Positions 18,674 to 27,323 of a stretch of 64,000 bases of DNA are shown here, one piece after another (position 1 is the stretch's first letter; each line of letters starts with the position of its first letter). The position numbers and the translations under genes were made by a program. The DNA comes from a virus, in IMG/VR virus record IMGVR_UViG_2585428081_000003; one strand, written 5' to 3'. Below the pieces are notes generated by a model. That model did not search any database. It was not told the origin of the DNA and worked only from the letters and a program-made list of their open reading frames with translations.

Positions 18674-19366
18674 TTAAGCTATTTCTTTTTTTTGAAATAT
18701 ATCTAATAAAAATTGTCTTCCAGTTTCAGTCCATTTTCTGTCATAAACAACTTTTCCGTTTTCAAGAACGTTTTGTTTTATGCTTACATATCCTCTTTCT
18801 GAATAACTAGCAGTTAAAACCCAAGTTCTATTTACCTTGTACTGTATTTTGTTTTTTTCTAATTCCTTATTTAAAGCCGTAGCACTTCTAAAACCTAGTT
18901 CCTTTGCTATTTCTGTAGTTGTATACAATTTATTTGAATGTGTAAGCATTTCAAGTTTCCCGGATAATTCTATGACTTTGTTCTGGTAGTCTAACATTTT
19001 CACATTAGCTATTTGTAATGCTCTAGCCATAACGCTTTCAGGCGAATTCCATTGCTTTTCTACTTCTATAAAATAATCTCTAATTCTCCAAGCTTTTTCT
19101 CCACCAGATACCATACATAAATGTTTAGCTATATCAATTGGAATGACATAATCAATGAATTCTTGATTATTATTGTTAGTGTACCTTGAGGTACAGTAGG
19201 TTTTATTTTCTTCTAACCCAAGTCTTTCTACTTGATTTTCCCACCAAGACGAAAATCTTTTATTGATTCCTAATTTTCCATGCAATTCTCTTGCACTTAT
19301 AATTTGTTGACCTTTATTATCAATTTCAACTTTGATTAAACCGTTCATCATTTGTCCCCCTTTCAC
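18674..19366 (-). CDS. Antirepressor (AntA/AntB N-terminus + KilA-C/ANT C-terminus)
   Basis: ISARELHGKL, IDIAKHLCMV, TTTEIAKELG...SATALNK, KWTETGRQFL. Confidence 0.9.
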   Translation of the reverse strand: MKGGQMMNGLIKVEIDNKGQQIISARELHGKLGINKRFSSWWENQVERLGLEENKTYCTSRYTNNNNQEFIDYVIPIDIAKHLCMVSGGEKAWRIRDYFIEVEKQWNSPESVMARALQIANVKMLDYQNKVIELSGKLEMLTHSNKLYTTTEIAKELGFRSATALNKELEKNKIQYKVNRTWVLTASYSERGYVSIKQNVLENGKVVYDRKWTETGRQFLLDIFQKKEIA

Positions 19367-19368
19367 TT

Positions 19369-19599
19369 TTATTCAATATCTACAACTAACAAATTTTCAT
19401 ATCTCTCTTTCTCGTAATCATCCATTACTTCATAAGCTTTTTTATTAAACTTATTCTCATTAAAACTACTAACTGCATGACCATCTTCTATTACTGATAT
19501 AAAGCCTGTTCTTAAATAAAAATCATTCATATCTTGTACTTCAAGATCATCAACAAAGTTTTCCCTTGCCATTTTTCTCTCTCCTTTCTTTCTGTCCAC
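19369..19599 (-). CDS. Hypothetical phage protein
   Basis: ORF track. Confidence 0.5.
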   Translation of the reverse strand: MDRKKGERKMARENFVDDLEVQDMNDFYLRTGFISVIEDGHAVSSFNENKFNKKAYEVMDDYEKERYENLLVVDIE

Positions 19600-19642
19600 T
19601 CATCCCCGTTATGGTAAAATGTTCTAAAGGGGGTGAATAGAA

Positions 19643-19921
19643 TTGACCGAAAAAGAATTTCTTGATTTTTTCAATCAAATAGACGAAAACATTTTAAAAT
19701 TAGTAATTGAAGATTCTTGTAAACAGGGTCAAGAACACTACAATAATCTCATTCTAGAAGGCTGGTCACAAGATGAAGCATTGTTTGATTTGATAATGAA
19801 AACTTCATATCGAGCTATGAAATATGCTGTTATGGCAACCTTGTATTTCTCTACTAACTTAGAATCTGAAAAACCTAAAACTAAAGAAGAATTAAAGAAA
19901 CTTTTTACTATCATCAAATAA
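19643..19921 (+). CDS. Hypothetical protein (counter-oriented)
   Basis: ORF track, GGGGGTG RBS. Confidence 0.5.
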   Translation: MTEKEFLDFFNQIDENILKLVIEDSCKQGQEHYNNLILEGWSQDEALFDLIMKTSYRAMKYAVMATLYFSTNLESEKPKTKEELKKLFTIIK

Positions 19922-20112
19922 TTTTTTCAATCTAGGTCTTTCTAAATCTGGTTTTTGACAATTTAATTTATAATCATCCTTTGATTCAAGCTGCTCTTGG
20001 ACTAACTCTCCAAGAGTGGCAATCCTTTTTTCTAATTTTCCCTTTTCCACCTCTTGCACCTCCTTCTAAAATTTACTTCTTTTTTTGAATCGTTTTATGT
20101 GTGATAATTTAA

Positions 20113-20316
20113 CTATGCTGGTTTATCATCCAACAATTCTACTACTGATACTCCTAAGGCTTTTGCTATTCTTTTTATTTCCTCTACGTTTGGGATACTC
20201 TTTGAATTCTCCCAATCTGATATTGTAGTCTGTGGAATTAAAGCTCTTTTACCAAGTTCTGTTTGACTCATTTTTAGTTCAAGTCTTAAAGTTCTAATTC
20301 TATTACCTAGCTGCAT
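20113..20316 (-). CDS. Cro-like XRE regulator (switch 2)
   Basis: MSQTELGKRALIPQTTISDWE HTH. Confidence 0.85.
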   Translation of the reverse strand: MQLGNRIRTLRLELKMSQTELGKRALIPQTTISDWENSKSIPNVEEIKRIAKALGVSVVELLDDKPA

Positions 20317-20336
20317 TGACTTTCCTCCTCTCGCAT

Positions 20337-20448
20337 TAACGTTGTGTCGTTATCTTTAATTATATATTGAGTTTTTAGAATTGTCAACGGTGTATCGTTA
20401 ATATTTTTTAAATTTCTTTGATATAATTTATTTAACGATTGTCCGTTA
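20337..20448. promoter_or_regulatory. Three operators (T/C)AACG-N6-CGTTA with sigmaA promoter (switch 2)
   Basis: 20337-20352, 20385-20400, 20433-20448; TTGACA(20382-87)-17-TATAAT(20359-64) on minus strand. Confidence 0.8.
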
Positions 20449-20458
20449 TTATATTAAG

Positions 20459-20707
20459 GTGGTGCTAATCTTGACTATTGCTGAGGCTACTGCTCAAAGA
20501 ATATTAGATTTATGCCAAGAAAATAACATTAGTATAAATAAACTTGCTAACTTATCAGGGATTACTCAGTCAACTTTAAATAGCATTGTTAATGGTGAGA
20601 GTAAAAACCCCCAACTTAAAACTATCGTAAAAATTTGTTACGGCTTAGACATATCTTTAAAGACATTCTTTGATAGCTACATCTTTGATGACTTAGATGT
20701 TTTCTAA
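20459..20707 (+). CDS. XRE repressor (switch 2)
   Basis: SINKLANLSGITQSTLNSIVNG HTH; divergent from 20113 gene. Confidence 0.85.
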   Translation: MVLILTIAEATAQRILDLCQENNISINKLANLSGITQSTLNSIVNGESKNPQLKTIVKICYGLDISLKTFFDSYIFDDLDVF

Positions 20708-20730
20708 ATACATATAAGGAGTGTGATTTA

Positions 20731-21195
20731 ATGGCTAAGTATCTATGGGACTTAAATCTTGATGAAATCCCTTTAGGTTGGGAAAACACCTATCAAGATG
20801 CTTTAAATCAATGTCCAAAAGGTGAAATTATCGAAATGGCAGAAATGGATAGCCCAGATAGTATTATTACTAATCAATATTTTTATGATCCTGTTGGATA
20901 TAAAAATACTATCTATACCATTTTCAACGAATACAAAATAAAGGCTAAAACCTTATTTGAGTCTAGAAACAAACATGAAATCAAACCATTCATCAACGAA
21001 TTGATTAAATTTGACTGCATCTTATATGGTCTTCTTGCTGAATGGACATGTAACGGTAACGAATTTGATGGTTCTAGCTTTGATCCAAATTATTTAAAAA
21101 ATAATTTACTGGATTATAATTACTACTTTGGTTCTTACAATTTCGAAACTGACTTTGAGAAACAGTATAAAAAATACAAGTTAATCAGCCTATAA
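20731..21195 (+). CDS. Hypothetical protein
   Basis: ORF track 154 aa, GGAGTG RBS. Confidence 0.6.
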   Translation: MAKYLWDLNLDEIPLGWENTYQDALNQCPKGEIIEMAEMDSPDSIITNQYFYDPVGYKNTIYTIFNEYKIKAKTLFESRNKHEIKPFINELIKFDCILYGLLAEWTCNGNEFDGSSFDPNYLKNNLLDYNYYFGSYNFETDFEKQYKKYKLISL

Positions 21196-21442
21196 AGTTG
21201 TAATAGTGTCAGAGTTACATCTTATTTAAAAACTCTATTAACTTATTAGACTCTACTCTGACACTTTCACCTCTCTTCAATTTAATCGCACTATGCTTTC
21301 CAATTCCAAAAATTTCTTCTATTTTAGCTAATGACATATCACTAATAATTAAATTGAATTTTGTCTTAATATCCATCCCTTTCACCCCTTCCATTATTTA
21401 CTCCTTTTTTTGAATCTGATTTTGTGTGATAATTTATTTATG

Positions 21443-21670
21443 CTATACTATGCGATTGTTAGTTGAAGTTTCTTGAACCTCTTTAGTAAAAAAAATGCTC
21501 GGATCAACATTTAAAATTTTGGATATTTTTATTGCTCTATCAACAGAAAGTTTCACATTTCCATTTTCAAGGTGATTGTATCCGCTTTTATCCTTATAGC
21601 CAAGCTTTTCAGCCATATATTCTTGAGTATATCCTTTTTCTATACGTATCTTTTTTAAAATTTCACTCAT
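21443..21670 (-). CDS. Cro-like repressor (main switch)
   Basis: YTQEYMAEKLGYKDKSGYNHLENG HTH. Confidence 0.85.
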   Translation of the reverse strand: MSEILKKIRIEKGYTQEYMAEKLGYKDKSGYNHLENGNVKLSVDRAIKISKILNVDPSIFFTKEVQETSTNNRIV

Positions 21671-21686
21671 ATCAACACCTCCTATT

Positions 21687-21834
21687 GTTTAAGTTACTTC
21701 AACTCTATAATCTAATTATAGTTTAAATTTCTTCAACTGTCAACCTCTATTTTTAATTTTGTTGAACTTTTATAAACATTTGTTACAAATATAAAATTAT
21801 GTTATATAATTTAATTAGTTTAAGTATTTTAAAC
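21687..21834. promoter_or_regulatory. Operators GTTNAA-N5-(T/A)TNAAC with sigmaA promoter (main switch)
   Basis: 21687-21703, 21721-21737, 21761-21777, 21818-21834 plus a fifth at 21462-21478; TTGACA(21738-43)-17-TATAAT(21715-20) on minus strand. Confidence 0.8.
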
Positions 21835-21850
21835 TTGAAGGAGTGAAAAA

Positions 21851-22225
21851 ATGTCTACATTATCTAATAGAATTAGAGAACTACGAACAGAAAAAGAGCT
21901 TACACAAGAAGAGTTTGGTAAACTATTTGGGATTGTAAAATCCACGGTTTCACTATACGAAAGTGGCAAAAGCGCTCCTGATGATGAAATAAAAAAGAAA
22001 ATAGCCAAATATTTCAATGTATCCTTAGACTACTTAATGGGAGTATCTGATGTTAAAAATCCATATATCAACGATAAAGATTTAGATGAAGTAGATAAAT
22101 TTCTGCTTGAATTAAAAAAAGAAGCGGAAAAAGAGGGATTAGAATTCGACGAAACTTCTCCACAAGAACTTATTGAAACTTATAAATTATTAAAGGAATT
22201 TAAAAAGAGGACAAAAGGGGATTAG
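21851..22225 (+). CDS. CI/ImmR-like repressor
   Basis: LTQEEFGKLFGIVKSTVSLYESG...FNVSLDYLMG. Confidence 0.9.
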   Translation: MSTLSNRIRELRTEKELTQEEFGKLFGIVKSTVSLYESGKSAPDDEIKKKIAKYFNVSLDYLMGVSDVKNPYINDKDLDEVDKFLLELKKEAEKEGLEFDETSPQELIETYKLLKEFKKRTKGD

Positions 22226-22254
22226 ATTATTATTGGATAAAGGAGCGTGAAATC

Positions 22255-22638
22255 ATGAATAATGAAGAAAAAATTTATGACTTACTAGAAAAGATATATA
22301 TCGAGTTACAAGATACTAAAAAAGAATTGAAAAATTTTAAAGATGAAACTAGTTCTAGGTTTAACAAGATAGATACTAAATTTGATGAAACAAACACAAA
22401 AATAGACAATAACCATAAAGAAATCAATGCAAAGGTAGATATTAATCATGCGGAAGTTTTAAATGAACTCCAAGAGATTAAAGAACAAATCCACGAACTA
22501 GATACTAAAAATGCTGCTAATCATATTGCTACTAATACTAGATTAGATAAAGTATCGGATGATCTAGACTTCCTTACCCATAAAGAATTTCAAACTGAAA
22601 AAGAAATCTTTAAGCTAAAGAAAAAAATTGCTAAATAA
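22255..22638 (+). CDS. Coiled-coil hypothetical protein
   Basis: ORF track. Confidence 0.6.
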   Translation: MNNEEKIYDLLEKIYIELQDTKKELKNFKDETSSRFNKIDTKFDETNTKIDNNHKEINAKVDINHAEVLNELQEIKEQIHELDTKNAANHIATNTRLDKVSDDLDFLTHKEFQTEKEIFKLKKKIAK

Positions 22639-22667
22639 AATGCACTATAGAAGGAAGAAAGAGGCAA

Positions 22668-22796
22668 CTAACTTAACGGTAAATTGCCTTTTTTGTTATC
22701 AATTATGCACCTTATTGCTTCTTTCCTTTCTTCCTTTGTAAATTCTATGATTATTTTTTTGATTAAGTTTTTTATGCACTCTATATCTTCCACCAC
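22668..22796 (-). CDS. 42-aa protein under putative LexA control (candidate antirepressor)
   Basis: MVEDIECIKNLIKKIIIEFTKEERKEAIRCIIDNKKGNLPLS; AAAGGGGG RBS; promoter and SOS boxes upstream. Confidence 0.55.
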   Translation of the reverse strand: MVEDIECIKNLIKKIIIEFTKEERKEAIRCIIDNKKGNLPLS

Positions 22797-22827
22797 TCTT
22801 GCCCCCTTTATGTAAATATCGCAGTGG

Positions 22828-22875
22828 CGAACGTACGTTTAAATATATTATAGCAAACGTTTGTTCTTTGTGCAA
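22828..22875 (-). promoter_or_regulatory. sigmaA promoter with two Firmicutes LexA (Cheo) boxes
   Basis: CGAACGTACGTTTA (22828-41) and AGAACAAACGTTTG (rc 22854-67) vs consensus CGAACRNRYGTTYC; TTGCAC-17-TATAAT. Confidence 0.7.
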
Positions 22876-23192
22876 TGGATATTACCGTTTATTTTCATGT
22901 ATATAATTTAAATTTTCAATATATTTTTAATTTATAGATATAATACCATAATGCTATAAACGTGTCAACCAAGCCATTTATATCACTTATAGACAACATG
23001 GTTTTATATTTTGCCTATAGTATATTTTAGTATTATAGGCAATAAAAAATCGGTGCGAAGTTAATCACACCGATTAGATTAGTTTTATAAATAAATCAAA
23101 CGGAAAGGATGATTGATATGTGTGTGTTAAGTTTATAATTGTCACTTATTTTAAAAGCCAATACTTGCAACTATTTACTGAGGAGGATTAAT

Positions 23193-24638
23193 GTGAATAA
23201 CGAAAATTATACAAGAAAACAAATTAATATTAACGATATACTTCTTGATACTGAAAATCCAAGGTTTGAAAAGGTTAATAATCAAGAAGAAGCACTTGAA
23301 ATTATGATTCGTGAGTATGAGGAAAAAATATATAACTTAGCTAAACATATCACAGAAAATGGTATGAATCCTACTGAGCTTTCGGCAGTTATAAAATCTG
23401 ACAATAAGTATATAATTTTAGATGGCAATAGAAGGTTAACAGCCCTAAGGATATTAAATAATCCCGATTTATTAAATCAAGATTTTGAAAAGCTGAAATC
23501 TAAAATCATGAAATTAGATAGAGCAAATATACCAGATACGATTAACGCTATCGAATTTGAAAGTGAAGAAGAAGCAAATTTATGGATTAAGTTAAAACAT
23601 ACTGGTGAAAACGATGGACTCGGAACAGTTGAATGGACTGCCTTACAACAATCACGTTTTGATGATGACAAATATCCACTTTCCATACAATTACTTAAAT
23701 ATATGGAAAGTGCAGACTTAATAGATGAATCTATTTCTAAAAATATAATAAACTTAAAAATTACAAACCTAGAAAGACTTTTAACAGATCCCGATGTTAG
23801 GAATATATTGTCAATTACACGTTCTAAAAACGAATTACATTTTCCTATACCAAACGGAAAAATAAAAAACATCTTAAATAGCCTGTTGATGGAGCTATTA
23901 TCAGAAGACTTCACTGTAAATAAAATACGTAATAAACCTGATAGAATCAATTTCATGAATTCTTTTAAGGAAAAATATAACTTAACAGAGGATGATATTA
24001 AAGATTTGAAAGATTGTGAAGTAACCACTGTTAAGGAGTATGAAAATTTAAAAGAAAAAACAGATGATAAAGCAAGCCCTAAGGAGGCACCTAAGGAAAG
24101 TACAAAAGATAATAAAAAAGATACTATAGCTAATAAAACTATTCCCAAACCTAAACCACCTGAAATGCCAAGCACAAAAGATAGATATACTCTAATACCA
24201 AAGGACTTTAATCTTACCATTAATAATTCTAAAATCAATGATATATATAAAGAACTAAAAGAAATATCGGTTGATGATTACCCAAATGTAATCGGTGCTT
24301 CATTCAGAGTATTTTTGGAATTATCTATTGACTACTATATAGAAGAAAACAAGGATGAAATAGATATAATAGCAAACGATAAGCTTAAAAACAAGCTTGA
24401 AAAAGTGAAAACCCATTTGAACAATAAATTAAAGCTAGATAGCAACCAACTTAAAGACATTAATAGGGCCATTGGTAGCAATGACAACATAGTTTCTATT
24501 GACATATTACATGGCTACATTCATTCAACAGTAGCTCAAGCAAGTGCAGATGGACTAAAAACTACTTGGAATAATTATGAGAGGTTTTTTGAACTTCTCT
24601 ATGAAGTTCTTAATGATTTACCTCTGGCCAAAGCATAA
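23193..24638 (+). CDS. ParB-like N-terminal domain + HEPN-like C-terminal domain protein (ORF track starts 23139)
   Basis: DILLDTENPRF and ILDGNRRLTAL ParB motifs; GASFRVFLELS and LHGYIH helical C-terminus; GAGGAGG RBS precedes GTG at 23193. Confidence 0.65.
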   Translation: MNNENYTRKQININDILLDTENPRFEKVNNQEEALEIMIREYEEKIYNLAKHITENGMNPTELSAVIKSDNKYIILDGNRRLTALRILNNPDLLNQDFEKLKSKIMKLDRANIPDTINAIEFESEEEANLWIKLKHTGENDGLGTVEWTALQQSRFDDDKYPLSIQLLKYMESADLIDESISKNIINLKITNLERLLTDPDVRNILSITRSKNELHFPIPNGKIKNILNSLLMELLSEDFTVNKIRNKPDRINFMNSFKEKYNLTEDDIKDLKDCEVTTVKEYENLKEKTDDKASPKEAPKESTKDNKKDTIANKTIPKPKPPEMPSTKDRYTLIPKDFNLTINNSKINDIYKELKEISVDDYPNVIGASFRVFLELSIDYYIEENKDEIDIIANDKLKNKLEKVKTHLNNKLKLDSNQLKDINRAIGSNDNIVSIDILHGYIHSTVAQASADGLKTTWNNYERFFELLYEVLNDLPLAKA

Positions 24639-24677
24639 TTCTCATGATATAATAGGATATAGGGGGGTGTTTTAGCT

Positions 24678-25520
24678 ATGACCAGGACTCTTTCTCCGCT
24701 TAGATATCCAGGTGGTAAAACCAAGCTATATAAATATACAAAAAAACTAATAGAACATAATAATTTAGTAGGTTGTACTTATGTTGAACCGTTCGCTGGT
24801 GGATGTGGATTAGCCATTGGATTACTTCACACTAATATAGTTAATAATATTATTCTAAATGATATTGATAGATCCATTTATGCATTTTGGAAAACTGTAT
24901 TAGATAGAAATGAAGAACTAATTGAGAAAATTGACACTACTCCAATTACAATAGATGAATGGCACAAACAAAAAGAAATACAAGATAGTAAATTTGATGC
25001 AGATTTATTCGAATTAGGATTTTCCACTCTTTTTTTAAACAGGACTAACTTTTCTGGTATAATAAAAGCTGGTCCTATTGGCGGTCATGATCAGAACGGT
25101 CCTAATAAACTTGATTGTAGATTTAATAAAAAAGATATAATTAGAAAACTCAAGTTGATAAAGGCTCATAGAGAGCAAATCCAATTTTACAATGAGGACG
25201 CAATTGATTTCTTTAATATATTAAACGAATTGAATCATGATAATTTTTTTATTTTTTTAGATCCTCCATATTTTGAAAACGGACCAGGTCTTTATACCAA
25301 TTTTTATACTGAAGAAGATCACAGAAACCTAGCTCGACATGTATCTGAGTTAAATCATAATTGGATTGTTACTTATGACAATGTTGATAAAATTAAAGAA
25401 ATATACCAAGAATATAATTTTGAGTCTAAAGAATACTCATTGAGATATAGCGCTTACAATAAATATGAGGGTACAGAAATAATGTTTTATTCAAATAACC
25501 TTATTCCTGTTAATTTCTAA
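24678..25520 (+). CDS. dam: DNA adenine methyltransferase (Dam/D12 class)
   Basis: LRYPGGKT, YVEPFAGG, FLDPPY motifs. Confidence 0.92.
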   Translation: MTRTLSPLRYPGGKTKLYKYTKKLIEHNNLVGCTYVEPFAGGCGLAIGLLHTNIVNNIILNDIDRSIYAFWKTVLDRNEELIEKIDTTPITIDEWHKQKEIQDSKFDADLFELGFSTLFLNRTNFSGIIKAGPIGGHDQNGPNKLDCRFNKKDIIRKLKLIKAHREQIQFYNEDAIDFFNILNELNHDNFFIFLDPPYFENGPGLYTNFYTEEDHRNLARHVSELNHNWIVTYDNVDKIKEIYQEYNFESKEYSLRYSAYNKYEGTEIMFYSNNLIPVNF

Positions 25521-25620
25521 TTTCATAATATCGTTATAAAAAGCTATGATTAAATCAATAGCTTTTCTTTTTACTATTTTTTCAATATAATAAACATATA
25601 ACTACCAATGAGGTGATCCA

Positions 25621-27207
25621 ATGAAAATAGCAATATATTCTAGGAAAAGTAAATTTACTGGCAAGGGCGAAAGTATTCAAAACCAAATAGAAATGTGTAA
25701 AGAGTATTGCAACAAACACTTTGGCCAATGCGAATTTATTATTTACGAAGATGAAGGGTTTTCTGGCGGAAACACAGATAGACCCCAATACAAACGTATG
25801 ATGGAAGATGTTAGAAAGAAAAAATTTCAGGCAGTTGCATGCTATAGACTAGATAGAATCTCCCGTAATGTTTCAGATTTCTCCCAGACATTAGAAGAAT
25901 TAAATAATAAGAACATAGCTTTTATTTCAATAAATGAACAATTTGATACATCCACACCAATGGGAAGAGCCATGACCTATATAGCAAGTGTTTTTGCACA
26001 GCTTGAAAGGGAAACTATTGCAGAAAGGGTCAGAGACAATATGCTACAACTAGCACGTTCTGGAAGATGGCTTGGAGGAATTGCTCCTACAGGGTATAAA
26101 AGTGAACCTATTACATACTTAGACAGCAATATGAAAGAGAAAAAAATGTACAAGTTGTCTCCTGTAAAACAAGAATTAGAAGTTGTAAAGCTTATATACA
26201 AAAAATATTTAGAATTTCAATCCTTAAGTCAATTAGAAACATACTGCTTGCAAAATAATATAAGAACAGTCAATAATAGAGACTTTCAAAAATATACTTT
26301 AAGGACTATATTGACTAATCCTGTATATTCTAAAGCTGACCAAAGTGTGTATAACTATTTCTATTCTAGGGAAGCTCAAATTTGCAATAACAAAAATGAA
26401 TTTACTGGTAAATATGGCATTATGGCTTATAATAAAAACTTGGTTAAAAAAGGACAATCTGTCAAAACTAAAAATATGGATGAATGGATTATAGCTATAG
26501 GTAAACACAAAGGAATAATAGAAGGAAGTGAATGGGTTATGGTACAAAATACATTGAATAAGAATAAAAGCCTTGCTCCAAGACAAGGGACTTCCGCTGC
26601 TGCTATGCTTTCAGGATTACTCTATTGCAAAAATTGTGGCAATTTTATGAGGGTTAAATATGGCCAAAAGAAAAAAAATAGTGATGAAAGGCACTATTAC
26701 TATGTATGCAGTATGAAAGACAACTCTAGAGGTTCCAGATGTAATATGAAAAATCTAAAAGGTGAAGATACTGATCAGTATGTAATAGAAAAATTAAAAG
26801 AGATGATTGAATCTGGAATATTAAAAGATATAGATAATGCTAAAAAAAATATTGAGGACAAAAAGAAAATAAATAAAAATGTCTATGACAAAATAACTGC
26901 TAATGAAAAAGCTATAGAAAATTTATTGAAACAGCTTTCACAAAATGAAAATGAAACTGTAGCAAAATATATTTTCTCTGAAATAGAAAAACTAGACAAA
27001 GAAAATAAAGAATTAAAATCCAAATTAGATAAATATGACAGTGAAACAAATATTACAAATTTAGAACTATTTAAAGAGGCTGTAGTGCGCTTTTATGAGT
27101 CTATAGATGGGGTACCTTATGAACAGAAAAGAAACCTTATACAAGGAATTGTGAAACGTATAGAATGGGATGGAAAAGACCTTCATATTGATATTTTTGA
27201 TATATAA
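25621..27207 (+). CDS. Large serine integrase of the prophage
   Basis: IYSRKS catalytic Ser, YEDEGFSG, RLDRISR, recombinase domain, CKNCG..C zinc ribbon, coiled coil. Confidence 0.95.
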   Translation: MKIAIYSRKSKFTGKGESIQNQIEMCKEYCNKHFGQCEFIIYEDEGFSGGNTDRPQYKRMMEDVRKKKFQAVACYRLDRISRNVSDFSQTLEELNNKNIAFISINEQFDTSTPMGRAMTYIASVFAQLERETIAERVRDNMLQLARSGRWLGGIAPTGYKSEPITYLDSNMKEKKMYKLSPVKQELEVVKLIYKKYLEFQSLSQLETYCLQNNIRTVNNRDFQKYTLRTILTNPVYSKADQSVYNYFYSREAQICNNKNEFTGKYGIMAYNKNLVKKGQSVKTKNMDEWIIAIGKHKGIIEGSEWVMVQNTLNKNKSLAPRQGTSAAAMLSGLLYCKNCGNFMRVKYGQKKKNSDERHYYYVCSMKDNSRGSRCNMKNLKGEDTDQYVIEKLKEMIESGILKDIDNAKKNIEDKKKINKNVYDKITANEKAIENLLKQLSQNENETVAKYIFSEIEKLDKENKELKSKLDKYDSETNITNLELFKEAVVRFYESIDGVPYEQKRNLIQGIVKRIEWDGKDLHIDIFDI

Positions 27208-27245
27208 CTATGTAGCACTTTGTCAGCATAGCATTATCTATACAC
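27208..27245. other. Prophage attachment junction (hybrid att) at the sigK DN^E codons
   Basis: sigK frame continues to ...ATAGATAATG then diverges (GCT instead of GAA); imperfect inverted repeat GTATAG-ATAATG-CTATGC; ~25 bp from integrase stop. Confidence 0.7.
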
Positions 27246-27310
27246 CTAGCTGCATAAGTTGCCAATCTGGTGCCTTTTTTTTTGTCATAGGTGGATATGG
27301 CTTTTATAAG
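27233..27310 (-). CDS. sigK: Internal fragment (mini-exon) of sporulation sigma factor K, region 2.2-2.4
   Basis: Translates to LIKAISTYDKKKGTRLATYAARCIDN with no start, RBS or own stop; similarity to sigma factor ends abruptly on both sides. Confidence 0.9.
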
Positions 27311-27323
27311 AGTAAATGTATCA
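27305..27323. other. ICE attachment junction (hybrid att) at the sigK G^LIKA codons
   Basis: Expected IGTIG-LIKA replaced by TFT-LIKA; 13 bp from the recombinase stop. Confidence 0.65.

Larger units (their letters stand above)
1..27232 (-). mobile_element. Prophage (siphovirus-like, SPP1-type head module), right part; left end outside window; inserted in sigK
   Basis: Canonical order of neck, capsid, scaffold, MuF, portal, terminase, late regulator, replication, lysogeny and serine integrase genes; right boundary where the sigK reading frame breaks off at ~27232. Confidence 0.95.

Noticed and set aside
23477-24238. 253-aa antisense ORF
   Set aside because: Shadow of the ParB/HEPN-like gene; Ser/Leu/Phe-rich composition typical of the reverse strand of a Lys/Glu-rich gene.
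25582-25788. Antisense ORF as phage RDF
   Set aside because: Overlaps the integrase start on the opposite strand, no clear RBS, shadow-like composition.
27233-27310. sigE/sigG fragment or chance match
   Set aside because: GTRLATYAARC is SigK-type (SigE has IKLATYASRC); 26 consecutive conserved-looking residues bounded by two recombinase ends is unlikely by chance.
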